Source: a virus. From it: 64,000 nucleotides of DNA. The stretch spans positions 1 through 64,000 of the IMG/VR virus record IMGVR_UViG_3300027743_000001; one strand, 5' to 3'. Made by a program: the position numbers and the translations under genes. Under the pieces are notes generated by a model. That model had not been told where the DNA came from. It saw nothing but the letters and a program-made list of their open reading frames with translations, and ran no database searches. Positions within the stretch are counted from its first letter, which is position 1. The number at the start of each line of letters is the position of its first letter. Below, one piece after another: positions 1 to 9,255 of the stretch.

Positions 1-1477
1 TCACGTAGAAGCCTTCAGGGTTGAGCTTGTTGATCATGCCACTGCCCACCGACGCCACCGAGCGGTACTTCTCCTGCAGCCGCTTGAGAACCTTCACCGC
101 CTGGTAGACGTCGACCCTCGCAGTGGCCGCGATCGTCTCGACGCCGCCGGCATAGATCGTCGCGTACATAGTTGACTTCAGAACCTGCCGCCGCTTGTCC
201 GACTTCTGGAAGCTCGGCTCGTTGTAGAGGTCCCGGCCGAGCATCACGAAGAAGTCCTCGCCCTGCTCGTCCGCGTCCCGCAGGGTCTGCTTGAGATCCT
301 CATCGTTGTTCAGGAAGGCCCACGTGCGCAGCTCGATCTGGCCGTAGTCGGCCGAGACGATCACGTGCCCCTCCCTGGCCTCCACCGCCTTCCGCACCGT
401 CAGGTCGCCCGTGGGGAGCTGCTGCAGCGGAGGGTTGGCTACCGACATACGGGTGGTCCGCGCCTGGCACGGTTGAATCTGCGGGTGGATGCGGGCCGTC
501 TCATCCAGTTGGTACCCAGAGGCTTCCGACATAGCAGCCAGATAATTGACCCGCGTCCTGTGCACATCTCGGAACTCCAATACGAGATCAGCAATGGGGT
601 GGTCGATGGCGCCAAGAGCTTCCTTGTCAACCGAGAGCTGGCCGCCGGCCGTCTTCCGTGCACCGGGCGGCATGACTCCCGCCAGCTGCAGCGCCTTGGC
701 TACGCTCGCGGGCGCACTCGGAGTTATGCCGTACTCCGATTGGAGTATGCGAGCTATGTTGGCTTCCTGCTCCACCAGTAGCTCAGCCTGATCTCGCAGG
801 TATGGCCCGTTGACCGGTAGCCCGTTGCGCGCCATGGCCGTGCAGATGTTGGTAGTAGCGATCTCCATGGAGTGGCACTCCTGCCACCGGACGTTTTCCC
901 GCCGCCTCCGGTACGTGTCATAGAGTGCCGCCGTCAGGCAGGTGTCGAGAACCCCGTAGCCCACGAACGGGCGCCAGTCGAGTGGGACAGTGGCCCAGCT
1001 CCAGCCATTCAGCGCCATGCCTGCCTTGAGCCGTTCCTCGCCCGCGCCGGCCCAGCCGCCGAACTCCCGCACCGCCAGCGGCTTTAGGCGCCGCGTGTCG
1101 TCTGACCAGTTGTCCAGCCCGGCCCAGATCATGCCGTCTTCCAGATGCTCGATCGGCATCCGGTAGCCCATCTCCCAGACTGCCCAGTAGTCGTACGGGA
1201 GGTTCCACCACACCTGCTTGACGCCGGCCCTGTCGCACCACTTCAGCGCTTCCATCCCGAGCCCGCGCCAGTCATCCCAGGGAACCGACCAGCCGCCGTC
1301 AGTGTCGCCGAACTGGAGCGTGCGGACTCGGAAGTCCGGGCGCCATTGCTGGAGCCCGGTACCTTCCGTGTCACACCCAACCCGCGTGCGTCCCGGCTGT
1401 GTCAACCAGGTCCAGAACTCAGCGACGTCCGCGACGTCAGAGACCATCTGGAACGTCAGGTTGAGTGGGTCGATCAT
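1..1477 (-). CDS. polA: DNA polymerase I family (PolA) with 3'-5' exonuclease domain; 3' end runs off the window
   Basis: Not in the ORF track; translated by hand from ATG 1477 (ATGA overlap with upstream gene), open to the edge. ExoI GCDTEGTGL, ExoII WNLPYD, ExoIII YGVLDT, TTRMSVANPPLQQLP, motif A SADYGQIELR, motif B RRQVLKSTMYATIYAGG. Confidence 0.96.
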   Translation of the reverse strand, partial: MIDPLNLTFQMVSDVADVAEFWTWLTQPGRTRVGCDTEGTGLQQWRPDFRVRTLQFGDTDGGWSVPWDDWRGLGMEALKWCDRAGVKQVWWNLPYDYWAVWEMGYRMPIEHLEDGMIWAGLDNWSDDTRRLKPLAVREFGGWAGAGEERLKAGMALNGWSWATVPLDWRPFVGYGVLDTCLTAALYDTYRRRRENVRWQECHSMEIATTNICTAMARNGLPVNGPYLRDQAELLVEQEANIARILQSEYGITPSAPASVAKALQLAGVMPPGARKTAGGQLSVDKEALGAIDHPIADLVLEFRDVHRTRVNYLAAMSEASGYQLDETARIHPQIQPCQARTTRMSVANPPLQQLPTGDLTVRKAVEAREGHVIVSADYGQIELRTWAFLNNDEDLKQTLRDADEQGEDFFVMLGRDLYNEPSFQKSDKRRQVLKSTMYATIYAGGVETIAATARVDVYQAVKVLKRLQEKYRSVASVGSGMINKLNPEGFYV

Positions 1478-1656
1478 GCGAAGCGCCGCTTCCGGATCTC
1501 TATCGTGGCATCCTCCAGCTGCTGCCAGGCCGCGTCCACGGTGTGCGGCAGATCCTTGCCCTGAAGGAGAGAGAACAGCTGGGTGGCCTCGGTACGGGTG
1601 AGACCGGCCACCTGCGCGTAGGTAGCAAACAGCATCGAAACTATGGCATCCAACAT
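1474..1656 (-). CDS. hypothetical protein
   Basis: 60-aa ORF with GGAG SD, translationally coupled to polA. Confidence 0.7.
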   Translation of the reverse strand: MLDAIVSMLFATYAQVAGLTRTEATQLFSLLQGKDLPHTVDAAWQQLEDATIEIRKRRFA

Positions 1657-1713
1657 GTGCTCCTAAAGATCGGGCCGGTAGCTCACGCTACCGGCCCGTG
1701 CTGGTGGTTGGTG

Positions 1714-2289
1714 TTAGGACCAGTCATCTTCTTTGGTGGGGGGATTGACGGCACCGGTCATGGTGAGACCCTCGCCGCCGAGTTCAATGTCGTCGTCGTC
1801 CAAACTGATCTCCTCTTCTCCATCCCCGAGGTTGCTGGCCCCGGAGTAGTCGCCGCCGGAGATAGCCGAGTCAACCCCGAGATTCTTGCGGAACCGAACC
1901 CGGTTGCGAGGCTGGCCGAGGTACTCGTCCTCATCCAGCCCGACCAGGATCTTCTGCCCGAGCATCTGCGCCGCGATCTGGTCGGCAGTCGGCCGCTCAG
2001 ACTTGATCCACTCCTGCGGAGCGCCCATGGCCTTCAGCCCCTGCGCGAAGATCCGCGCCGCGACCGAGTTTTCCGGGGACCACGTGAGCTGCTCGGAAAC
2101 CTGCCGGCCCTGCTGCGGACCGTTCATCGCTTCCAGAACGACCTTGAAACACTGCTTGCCGCCAGCCGTGATCGCCGCCGTGGACTTAACCACGACCATC
2201 TCGTACTCACCCTTGGGGAGAGGCTTGCCTTCCAGCTCCTCCCCGAACGCCTCGAACTCATCCGCGAAACTAAACTCACCGTCGCTCAC
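1714..2289 (-). CDS. DUF669-like single-stranded DNA-binding protein
   Basis: PLPKGEYEMVV...GPQQGRQV OB-fold-like pattern, acidic C-terminal tail, next to Sak4-like ATPase. Confidence 0.75.
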   Translation of the reverse strand: MSDGEFSFADEFEAFGEELEGKPLPKGEYEMVVVKSTAAITAGGKQCFKVVLEAMNGPQQGRQVSEQLTWSPENSVAARIFAQGLKAMGAPQEWIKSERPTADQIAAQMLGQKILVGLDEDEYLGQPRNRVRFRKNLGVDSAISGGDYSGASNLGDGEEEISLDDDDIELGGEGLTMTGAVNPPTKEDDWS

Positions 2290-3122
2290 TCTTCCTCCTT
2301 CCCTTCTCCTGTGCTGGCCGACGCATCACCGATGGTTGACACGACGGCCGGCTCCGCCATCAGCGGCCCATCCTTGAACACCAGCTTGATCAACTTGGAG
2401 AACGTGGTGTTGCGCGCCGCGATCTCTTCTGTCGTCTTGCCGGTCACCTGAGGCAGGGTAACGATGGCCGGGATACGCCCACCCACCCGCTCGCCCGCCT
2501 CGATCCGACCAGGAAGACGCCGCGTGCGAAGCTTACGCACTTCCTGGCCCGTCTTGTTGTCCGCCTCCACAAACAGATATGCGGTGACGTCCATCAGATA
2601 AGGGACCACTGTGTTCAGTTGCCCCTGCAAGTGTGGCCGGAGCATACCGTCTCCGGTCTCTTTCGTCATGGCTGTGACGACCACGGCCTCCAGCGGGTGG
2701 TTGGCATGGAACGTCAGGTCCCGAAGGTCCCGCATGAACCCGCCCACGACCCGGAGAACCGAGCCCCAGTCCTGCAGCTTGACCTGGTTGCGCCCCGCCA
2801 CGTCCTCGATATAGCGGTACTGCAGCTCAGAGATGCTATCAACCGACGCCGACCGGAACGGGTGCTTCCCGCCGTGCAGCCAGTCGAACGTCCGCTGGGC
2901 ATCCTGCCATTCTCGAACCGAGACCACAGCCGTATCCCAGTCGGAGGTCTTAGACCAAGAGGGAGGGGGATCGCGCGGATCCCACGCGACCCCCCTGATC
3001 GGCAGGAACCTGGCCGCGCTCTCTACATCGAAATACACACGAGGTGCCGGAGTGCTGGCAGCCAAGAGGGATTTGCCCACCTTGGACATACCGTGCACCA
3101 GCATAGAGAGAGCAGGATCCAC
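2286..3122 (-). CDS. Sak4/AAA_24-like ATPase (ssDNA annealing/recombination)
   Basis: Walker A HGMSKVGKS, Walker B-like SVDSISELQ, DVTAYL; typical Cas4-Sak4-SSB context. Confidence 0.85.
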   Translation of the reverse strand: MDPALSMLVHGMSKVGKSLLAASTPAPRVYFDVESAARFLPIRGVAWDPRDPPPSWSKTSDWDTAVVSVREWQDAQRTFDWLHGGKHPFRSASVDSISELQYRYIEDVAGRNQVKLQDWGSVLRVVGGFMRDLRDLTFHANHPLEAVVVTAMTKETGDGMLRPHLQGQLNTVVPYLMDVTAYLFVEADNKTGQEVRKLRTRRLPGRIEAGERVGGRIPAIVTLPQVTGKTTEEIAARNTTFSKLIKLVFKDGPLMAEPAVVSTIGDASASTGEGKEEE

Positions 3123-3778
3123 TACGCCCTCGCAGGAGCGTTGAACTGGCCGTTAGGGTTGTGCCCCGGCGGACGGTTGGAAGCCGGAGCCGTGGAGAAC
3201 CAGTCCTGAGGAGTGAAGATCTCATCGTTCGGGTAGGGCTGAACCGGAGCAGGCTGCTCCGAGTCCTCCGCCTGAGTGACCTCGGAGTTGGTCATCCACT
3301 GCCCGTTAGGCCAGCGGGTGAGCATCTCGGCCCGGGACTCGGAACTGACCCGGTTGGTGTAGTCGACCAGCTCCCGCGCCGACACCGCGTCCTGCGTCTT
3401 CATGTCAACCACGTTGCTGCCGTTGTAGATCCGGACGCCGTACTCCGGCTCCGGCTGAGGCTCCGGCTGCTGGAACTGCTGCGCGATCTGCTCCGGAACG
3501 GGGAGCCGCTGCCGGAAGCTGTGGAGGTTGACGTCCGTGCGCGCCCACCGTCCACGGTGGAGGAACACCCACACGTCCCCACAGCGCAGGCACGCCCACA
3601 TGATGCCGGGGTGCCAGTTGTCCGCCGAAGGGCGGATGCACTCGTGCTGACCTTCTGCTGTCATGCTGCTACGGACCTCTCTAATAGCATCCACGATCTC
3701 CGGCTCGGGGACCGTAGACCGCTGGCTGGTAGGCCAGATTCTCCATCCGGTCATGATTATTACAACCTTCTCTCTCAC
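3122..3778 (-). CDS. hypothetical protein with CxxC and Pro/Gln-rich linker
   Basis: ORF in operon; WACLRCGDVW. Confidence 0.6.
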   Translation of the reverse strand: MREKVVIIMTGWRIWPTSQRSTVPEPEIVDAIREVRSSMTAEGQHECIRPSADNWHPGIMWACLRCGDVWVFLHRGRWARTDVNLHSFRQRLPVPEQIAQQFQQPEPQPEPEYGVRIYNGSNVVDMKTQDAVSARELVDYTNRVSSESRAEMLTRWPNGQWMTNSEVTQAEDSEQPAPVQPYPNDEIFTPQDWFSTAPASNRPPGHNPNGQFNAPARA

Positions 3779-3781
3779 CGG

Positions 3782-4009
3782 TCACCCTAACCACTCGTGT
3801 AGGGCCACGATCTCGGCACATGGCCAGCGCTGGCTACAGGATGTGCACAGCGTATGACCCACCTGGCCAGGCACGGTGCCTGGCATAGATTCCGTAGCCC
3901 CAGCTGTGTGTTCCATCAAAATGATCTCCACTAGATTGTGGAGCTTGTCGTCCGTGAGCAGGAGCGCACGGTCTCTAAGACACTCCACGTTCACCTGAAG
4001 TTTGCCCAC
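3782..4009 (-). CDS. hypothetical protein (H...CxxC...WPC zinc-binding type)
   Basis: GTG start just after the nuclease stop; LCTSCSQRWPC. Confidence 0.6.
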   Translation of the reverse strand: MGKLQVNVECLRDRALLLTDDKLHNLVEIILMEHTAGATESMPGTVPGQVGHTLCTSCSQRWPCAEIVALHEWLG

Positions 4010-4010
4010 G

Positions 4011-4943
4011 CTACACTGCCTCCTGGTCATCGGTATAGCGCTCGAACGGGTCTCCGACAACGTACAGGTCAGTGAGCATCTGCTCGGCCGCCGCCTTGCC
4101 GGTGGCCTGGTACTCCGCGCAAGGCAGCTTGAACGGGCAGGTAGCGCACTGCCACGACGGGTGGAACGGGGTAGCGATGCGATGGTCCAGCCCAGAGTCA
4201 AGATCACGCTTGGCCCGGATCATGTTGTTCAGAATGCCGATCAACCGGAACCGGTACGCCATCAGATCCATGTGGCTGATCGGGATCACCAGCCGCTTGT
4301 AGAACGGTGGCTTGGCCGCTGCCGTGCGGAGCACCTTCCTGAGCAGCGTGTAGACGATGCCGGCCACCCAGGGCTCCGCCTGGTCCCGATCTGAGCTGGC
4401 CTCTAGCAGCATGTAGAGCCGGCCCTGCGGGGACATCTCCAGACCCAGGATGGTTGGCTCACCGAAGTTGCCCACTGTCTTGTAGTCGTTGATGAAGATC
4501 GCACCGTCAGAGATCCGCCGGGACCGCCGGTCCAGCTTGCCCCGGACCAGGATGTCAACCGATTCCCCATCGACTTCCAGCGTGATCACTTCCTTGAGCT
4601 GCGCTTCCACGCCGAGAGTCTGCCAGTCGGCCGCCTCATCGTTGGCCCACTCGACGTATCCCTCCAGCATTGCGCGCCCGAGCTTGTTCTCCCTGTCCAA
4701 CCCGTCCGTGAACCCGCCGTGCGCCTTCTCGTACTCGTACATCATCAGCACGTCCCAAATGGCGCCGATATCGGCCCGACCATCTCCCTCCTCCCACAGC
4801 TCCAGCGCATGGTGGACCCGCGCGCCGAACGGAAGCGGCCCGGTTGGAGGCTCATCCTTGCGCCTGAGCTTCCTGTACGTGCCAAAAAACCATGAGCGTG
4901 GGCATGACATAAATCGCTGCATGTCCGAGTAGCTGGTCTGCAT
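4011..4943 (-). CDS. Cas4/RecB-like PD-(D/E)XK exonuclease
   Basis: SYSDMQRFMSCPRSW, FGARVHHALE, GKLDR, INDYKT, C-terminal CATCPFKLPC (Fe-S-type Cys). Confidence 0.9.
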   Translation of the reverse strand: MQTSYSDMQRFMSCPRSWFFGTYRKLRRKDEPPTGPLPFGARVHHALELWEEGDGRADIGAIWDVLMMYEYEKAHGGFTDGLDRENKLGRAMLEGYVEWANDEAADWQTLGVEAQLKEVITLEVDGESVDILVRGKLDRRSRRISDGAIFINDYKTVGNFGEPTILGLEMSPQGRLYMLLEASSDRDQAEPWVAGIVYTLLRKVLRTAAAKPPFYKRLVIPISHMDLMAYRFRLIGILNNMIRAKRDLDSGLDHRIATPFHPSWQCATCPFKLPCAEYQATGKAAAEQMLTDLYVVGDPFERYTDDQEAV

Positions 4944-4990
4944 AGTTGCGTATACTATGGTTGACTACCAGACCACACAAGGGGGAACGT

Positions 4991-5782
4991 ATGCAGTTCA
5001 CGCAGCGGGAGCTACGCAAGTTCGCGCCAGACTCCAGAAAACTGATCTTGCAAGTACAGGCGTCCGGCTGGCACGGGGACCGGATAGCACGGCACGGCGC
5101 CGTGTTGCTAGCACCAGACAAGACAGCCCGTATCTGCGTGCCAAGGCAGGTAAACGGCCGGCTTCTCAACAACACGATGGCCCCATATAAGCGCTGGCTT
5201 CTCCAGCAAAACCAGTACGACCCCGCCACCATCAGAGCAGAAGCAGAGGTTGACATGCCGGCGTGCGCAGAGTGCGGCAAGGTCTTCGAACGTAAGCAGC
5301 AGGTCACCGTCCACCACGCGATGGTCCACGACCTGAAGCAGTGCCCGCACTGCGAGCGGAAGATGAACGCCAGCAACCTGGCCCGTCACATCAACTCCGC
5401 GCACCAGCCGTTCCCTGAGCCCGAGACCGCACCGGTTGACACTGAAGCGCCGCTCACGCTGGCCGGTATCGAGCTGCCACCAGCCGCGTTTGACAGCTTC
5501 CCTGCTGATCTCCCGCACGGTGCTGACTACTTCAAGCCCTCGGCCGAACCCGAGCGGGACGGGCTGCTCGATTACTTCCGGCACAACGCCACCCCCGAGC
5601 AGCCGTCTGAGCAGCTGACAGCCATTCGCGCGATCCTCATCCCCAGCATGGAACGGGAAGCGAAGCGCAACCGCGCCCGCATAGCAGAGCTGGAGCGGAT
5701 GATCGTTGACCAGCAAGAGGTGCACCGCAAGGAGCTTGAGGACTGCTCCGCCAAGCTTGACCTGATCCGTGGACTGCTCTAG
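4991..5782 (+). CDS. protein with two tandem C2H2 zinc fingers and C-terminal coiled coil
   Basis: CAECGKVFERKQQVTVHHAMVH and CPHCERKMNASNLARHINSAH; heptad-rich C terminus; GGGGG SD before ATG 4991. Confidence 0.75.
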   Translation: MQFTQRELRKFAPDSRKLILQVQASGWHGDRIARHGAVLLAPDKTARICVPRQVNGRLLNNTMAPYKRWLLQQNQYDPATIRAEAEVDMPACAECGKVFERKQQVTVHHAMVHDLKQCPHCERKMNASNLARHINSAHQPFPEPETAPVDTEAPLTLAGIELPPAAFDSFPADLPHGADYFKPSAEPERDGLLDYFRHNATPEQPSEQLTAIRAILIPSMEREAKRNRARIAELERMIVDQQEVHRKELEDCSAKLDLIRGLL

Positions 5783-5811
5783 TTGACAGCCGTTGACCGA
5801 TGGTGTACAGT
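5783..5811 (+). promoter_or_regulatory. SigA/HrdB-type promoter with tandem GTTGAC
   Basis: TTGACA-N17-TACAGT; second GTTGAC 10 bp after the first. Confidence 0.85.
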
Positions 5812-5837
5812 CAAGCTATCGAACAGAGAGGGTCACT

Positions 5838-6395
5838 ATGTGGATCATCGGTCAATACGGTTTCATCTCACTCGTCCAACACAAGGATGACCCAGACATC
5901 ATGCAAGTCCGCGCCCGGGTGCGTGAGGACATCCTCATGTACTTCCCAGGGGTGGAGATTGAAATGATCGTCGGCGCCGACTACCTGTATCGGGCGAACG
6001 TCCCGCGCAACATCGTTGCTGAGACAGTGGCCGCTGAGATCCTTGGGTACTCCGTGACCAGCCACGTCAAGGACGTTGCCGTTCAGTGCTCCCAGCCGAA
6101 CGCCTACCGGCAGACAGCCTATTACGCCTGCTGGAGAGCCCTGTCGGACATGCAGCCATACGCGCCATACTCCCGGCTCCCGCGTGCCGAAGAGAAGCGG
6201 CTGCTGAACCGCCGAGTTGGCGTGCGCCCGTGGGCAAACGACATGCTCCCGTTCGAGCAGGACGTGATGTACCCGGCGTGGGACGGGCCAACGCAGGACA
6301 TCCCCGAACTGGAAGAGGACAAGCAGCCCCGGGACAAGCAGGGCCGGTTCGCCTCCAAGCACCGCAAGAGCAAGAAGGGCAAGACCAATGGATAA
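5838..6395 (+). CDS. phage hypothetical protein
   Basis: MWIIGQYGFISLVQHK...QVRARVREDI...ADYLYRA; SD GAGGG; directly after promoter. Confidence 0.8.
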   Translation: MWIIGQYGFISLVQHKDDPDIMQVRARVREDILMYFPGVEIEMIVGADYLYRANVPRNIVAETVAAEILGYSVTSHVKDVAVQCSQPNAYRQTAYYACWRALSDMQPYAPYSRLPRAEEKRLLNRRVGVRPWANDMLPFEQDVMYPAWDGPTQDIPELEEDKQPRDKQGRFASKHRKSKKGKTNG

Positions 6396-6777
6396 CGGAT
6401 ACCCGCCGCTCCCGTTCGATGAGCGGGAGGAGAAGCTGCCCACGTGGGCGCGGAAGCAGATGTCTGAGCTACGACGCCGCACCAAGGCCGCTGAGGACGC
6501 CGTGTTTCAGGCTGCTAACGGGGAGAAGCTGGAGGAGTCGGATACGATCTTCCGGCCCTACGGGGACATCCCGAAGGGGTTGGGCATCGGCCAGACAGTC
6601 CGCTTCAAGTTGCATAGCGCGCAATCCCCACAGCGGTTCAGCTCTGACTACGTCGACATCCGGGTGATGGTGGGTAGCAAGGGTGAAGCCATACAGCTTA
6701 TGGGTGGCCGAGCGGTAACCCTGCATCCCCAGTCCTCTAACGTGATCAACGTTCGCATGGCTCCGCACTACCTGTAA
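6388..6777 (+). CDS. hypothetical protein
   Basis: Overlapping start; EEKLPTWARKQM N-terminus. Confidence 0.75.
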   Translation: MDNGYPPLPFDEREEKLPTWARKQMSELRRRTKAAEDAVFQAANGEKLEESDTIFRPYGDIPKGLGIGQTVRFKLHSAQSPQRFSSDYVDIRVMVGSKGEAIQLMGGRAVTLHPQSSNVINVRMAPHYL

Positions 6778-6789
6778 GGGAGCAGCACC

Positions 6790-7323
6790 ATGAGCCCGAA
6801 AACCAAACTCGCCATCGGCTTGTTGTGGTTCCTGGTGCTGCTCTCCCTCCTGTGGATGTTCGTACCGGCCGTGTCAACCACCGGCCTCTCGGCTTTCCGG
6901 TGGTTCAGCCCGACCAAGGTATACGTGCAGATTGGCCCCGGCCTTGGTCTCTGGCCACTGGCCGAGGCTGTGGAGTTCGTAGACCAGCACACGTCCACGC
7001 AGGCTGTGATCGGTGACTGCCGCCGGGGTAGCCGCTGTATCCGGGTCACCTCCAACCCCAAACTGCCTATCCACATCGCTGGCCGTGCCAGCTGGTCCAA
7101 TGAAGTGCTGGAGGTCCGGGTGGAGTTCAACCCGGCGTATGCCTCGCGGCCCGTGAACAGTCGGCTCCAGATGTCCGTGCACGAGCTAGGGCATGCGTTC
7201 GGGATTCACAGCCACAATCCATTGTGCACGTCGGTCATGTACGCATATATTACGTGCCAGGGCGAGGGTATCCCGCCCAAAAAGTTCACTGCCGCTGAGG
7301 TAGAGATCCTAGAGAGGCACTAG
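6790..7323 (+). CDS. secreted/membrane-anchored zinc metalloprotease (matrixin/M10-like)
   Basis: N-terminal hydrophobic segment; HELGHAFGIHSH, Met-turn SVMY. Confidence 0.85.
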   Translation: MSPKTKLAIGLLWFLVLLSLLWMFVPAVSTTGLSAFRWFSPTKVYVQIGPGLGLWPLAEAVEFVDQHTSTQAVIGDCRRGSRCIRVTSNPKLPIHIAGRASWSNEVLEVRVEFNPAYASRPVNSRLQMSVHELGHAFGIHSHNPLCTSVMYAYITCQGEGIPPKKFTAAEVEILERH

Positions 7324-7324
7324 G

Positions 7325-7657
7325 ATGGTGGCCCGTATGGACCCCAGGACGGTTGCGGAGATCCTGACTCTGCACGACAAGGTCCGGCGCAGTTACTCCC
7401 GCAACCTGAGGTGGCAGTTGACATGCGTGGCCTACCACATCAACCCTGAGGTCTTCGCTGTGCCGGTGGAGCACCGCCGGCCGCCCCCGTCCCATGTCTC
7501 GAACATGTACCACATGGCCTACCGGCTGGCCAAGTTGCTTCACCTGTCCATACCCGTCTCAGCTTCCATGTACGAGATCGGCAGGCTGCTGCTCAAGGCC
7601 GAGACCCTGCTGCTGAACATCCCGGAAGCTGCCACTGAGGAGATCGACTTTGTTTAG
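7325..7657 (+). CDS. hypothetical protein
   Basis: ORF in tight operon. Confidence 0.6.
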   Translation: MVARMDPRTVAEILTLHDKVRRSYSRNLRWQLTCVAYHINPEVFAVPVEHRRPPPSHVSNMYHMAYRLAKLLHLSIPVSASMYEIGRLLLKAETLLLNIPEAATEEIDFV

Positions 7658-7658
7658 G

Positions 7659-8114
7659 ATGGGCGACAAGATCGCGAAGAAGGGCGAGGCTTTCGAGTCC
7701 TCGATCAAGTTCAACCGCCGCGTGCTGTGGGCGAATGATGAGATCGTCTTCTATGTCTATGATGGCGGCCCGACCGAGCAGTACAGCTCGGCCCCGCCGG
7801 AAGACTTCATGATCCTGCCCCAGCCCAAGCGGCCCGGCCTGAAGGTCGGAGACGCCGTGCGGCTGGCACACAGTGTCGGCAAGCAGCGCTTCCGCGTGCT
7901 CTACCTGATTGAGGAGTACGCGCTGATCAAGGATGAGCTGGCCTCCCCCCAGGAAGGGACCATCATCCAGATCGAGCTGGCCGAGCTGCTGGAGCCGGTC
8001 GGCTGGAATGTCAACCGGATCGACTGGCTTGATGACTCTACGTGGTCCGTGACGATCACCGGAACCGGCAAGATACCGGACTGGGCAGGCAACACCGACC
8101 ACCCGCTCTCTTAG
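7659..8114 (+). CDS. hypothetical protein
   Basis: ORF in tight operon; high-GC codon usage. Confidence 0.65.
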   Translation: MGDKIAKKGEAFESSIKFNRRVLWANDEIVFYVYDGGPTEQYSSAPPEDFMILPQPKRPGLKVGDAVRLAHSVGKQRFRVLYLIEEYALIKDELASPQEGTIIQIELAELLEPVGWNVNRIDWLDDSTWSVTITGTGKIPDWAGNTDHPLS

Positions 8115-8153
8115 GGGATTGTGAAGCACCAAACCGCCCACTAGTCTCCGGAC

Positions 8154-8390
8154 ATGAGGGTAGATGTCGGTAGCCTATGGAACGCCATGATCACGGCCGT
8201 AGAGGTCCTGGTTGTGGCGTGCATTCTCGTCCTGATCGTGCTGGTCCTAAGGAACGCCGCCACGGCCTCCCGCACCTGTAGACAGATGATCTGGGCACCC
8301 AGCCGGCACAACCATAGGTGTGCCGTCGCCAGGTATACGGAACACGCCGCTCACCGCTGCAAGTGCGGTTACCTCTGGGAGAACTATTAG
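8154..8390 (+). CDS. small membrane protein with Cys/His-rich C terminus
   Basis: TM segment VLVVACILVLIVLVL; TAGTCT 6 nt before ATG (leaderless). Confidence 0.6.
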   Translation: MRVDVGSLWNAMITAVEVLVVACILVLIVLVLRNAATASRTCRQMIWAPSRHNHRCAVARYTEHAAHRCKCGYLWENY

Positions 8391-8395
8391 CTGTG

Positions 8396-8424
8396 TTGGC
8401 AGCCGTTGATAAGCCTGCTACACT
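8396..8424 (+). promoter_or_regulatory. SigA-type promoter with tandem GTTG repeat
   Basis: TTGGCA-N17-TACACT with GCCGTTGAT in the spacer. Confidence 0.75.
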
Positions 8425-8456
8425 AGGTGTATCAGGCCAACACCGAGGAGCCCCCG

Positions 8457-8642
8457 ATGTCCGCGAAGCCCCGATTCACCGCCGAGCCCTACACCCTCCA
8501 ATACGCCGAGGCACCCGCCTACTTCTACGTTTGGGACAGCTTGCACAAGGCTATGCGCGGCGGGCGCTTCTCCACCCGCGAGGACGCTCAGCGCGAGGCG
8601 GACCGCCGCGAGGCAGCAGCCGAGCAGGGGAGCAGGAAATGA
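8457..8642 (+). CDS. hypothetical protein
   Basis: GAGGAG SD; FSTREDAQREAD. Confidence 0.7.
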   Translation: MSAKPRFTAEPYTLQYAEAPAYFYVWDSLHKAMRGGRFSTREDAQREADRREAAAEQGSRK

Positions 8643-8773
8643 TGGTCTGGACCCCGGAGCACGGAAGCACTTACGACCACGACCAGAACCCGGTCGTCTT
8701 CGCAGTACAGAGCTACGCCATGTGGATCAAGAAGATCGTCCGGGACATCCGGTTCCCGAACGGGCCGCGCTAA
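8639..8773 (+). CDS. hypothetical protein (44 aa)
   Basis: ATGA overlap with upstream gene; SD present. Confidence 0.5.
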   Translation: MMVWTPEHGSTYDHDQNPVVFAVQSYAMWIKKIVRDIRFPNGPR

Positions 8774-9255
8774 GTCCCCAGGACAGCGGCCACGTGCTTG
8801 GCCAGCAGCGGATCCTCACGCAGCTGAGTGAGCACCTCGAAGGCTAGCCGTGGCAGGCTGTCAACCGGCCGGCCCTCCGTCACCGCCGTGACCACTTCCT
8901 CCGGCGTACGCAGCACCCAGGCCCGGTAACGCTGGACCTCCAGCCGAGTGTGCGGGTCCATCCGATCCCCGACAGCCGGCCGGCACTCCACGCAGGGAAC
9001 CCGCCGTATCGTGCCCTCTTCCCCGGCTTCCAGCCAGGAGATCATCCGCCAGTTGACACGGGGGCAGGTCGGCTTGTGCGCCACAACCGAGCGGCCGATC
9101 TTGCTCATGACCCACTCGTCCGAGCCTGTCAACCGGTAGATCGCTAGCTCAGTCCACCGCACAGCGGACGGCCGCGTGCTGGTGGCCGAGGCAACCACGG
9201 TGGCCTCGAACTTCAGGAACCGCCGGCCGTCTCTGACGACGTGCGGCGCGGACAC
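8770..9255 (-). CDS. hypothetical protein
   Basis: RWTELAIYRL...KIGRSVVAH, CxxC. Confidence 0.7.
   Translation of the reverse strand: MSAPHVVRDGRRFLKFEATVVASATSTRPSAVRWTELAIYRLTGSDEWVMSKIGRSVVAHKPTCPRVNWRMISWLEAGEEGTIRRVPCVECRPAVGDRMDPHTRLEVQRYRAWVLRTPEEVVTAVTEGRPVDSLPRLAFEVLTQLREDPLLAKHVAAVLGT

Noticed and set aside
365-2451. Plus-strand ORFs overlapping polA and SSB (e.g. 365..781, 1465..2451) and similar long antisense ORFs elsewhere (12308..13252, 24566..25750, 43443..44426, 57252..58238)
   Set aside because: Shadow frames of real genes in high-GC DNA; no motifs or SD.
4011-4943. Cas4-like gene as a sign of a CRISPR-Cas system
   Set aside because: No other cas genes and no repeat-spacer array seen; it sits in the usual phage nuclease-Sak4-SSB-PolA module.
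6321-6362. KQPRDKQGRFASK at the end of the 5838..6395 protein as another cargo tag
   Set aside because: Only the short RDxxGRF core matches; it is C-terminal, lacks the rest of the module and lies outside the head operon. Left as possible but unsupported.
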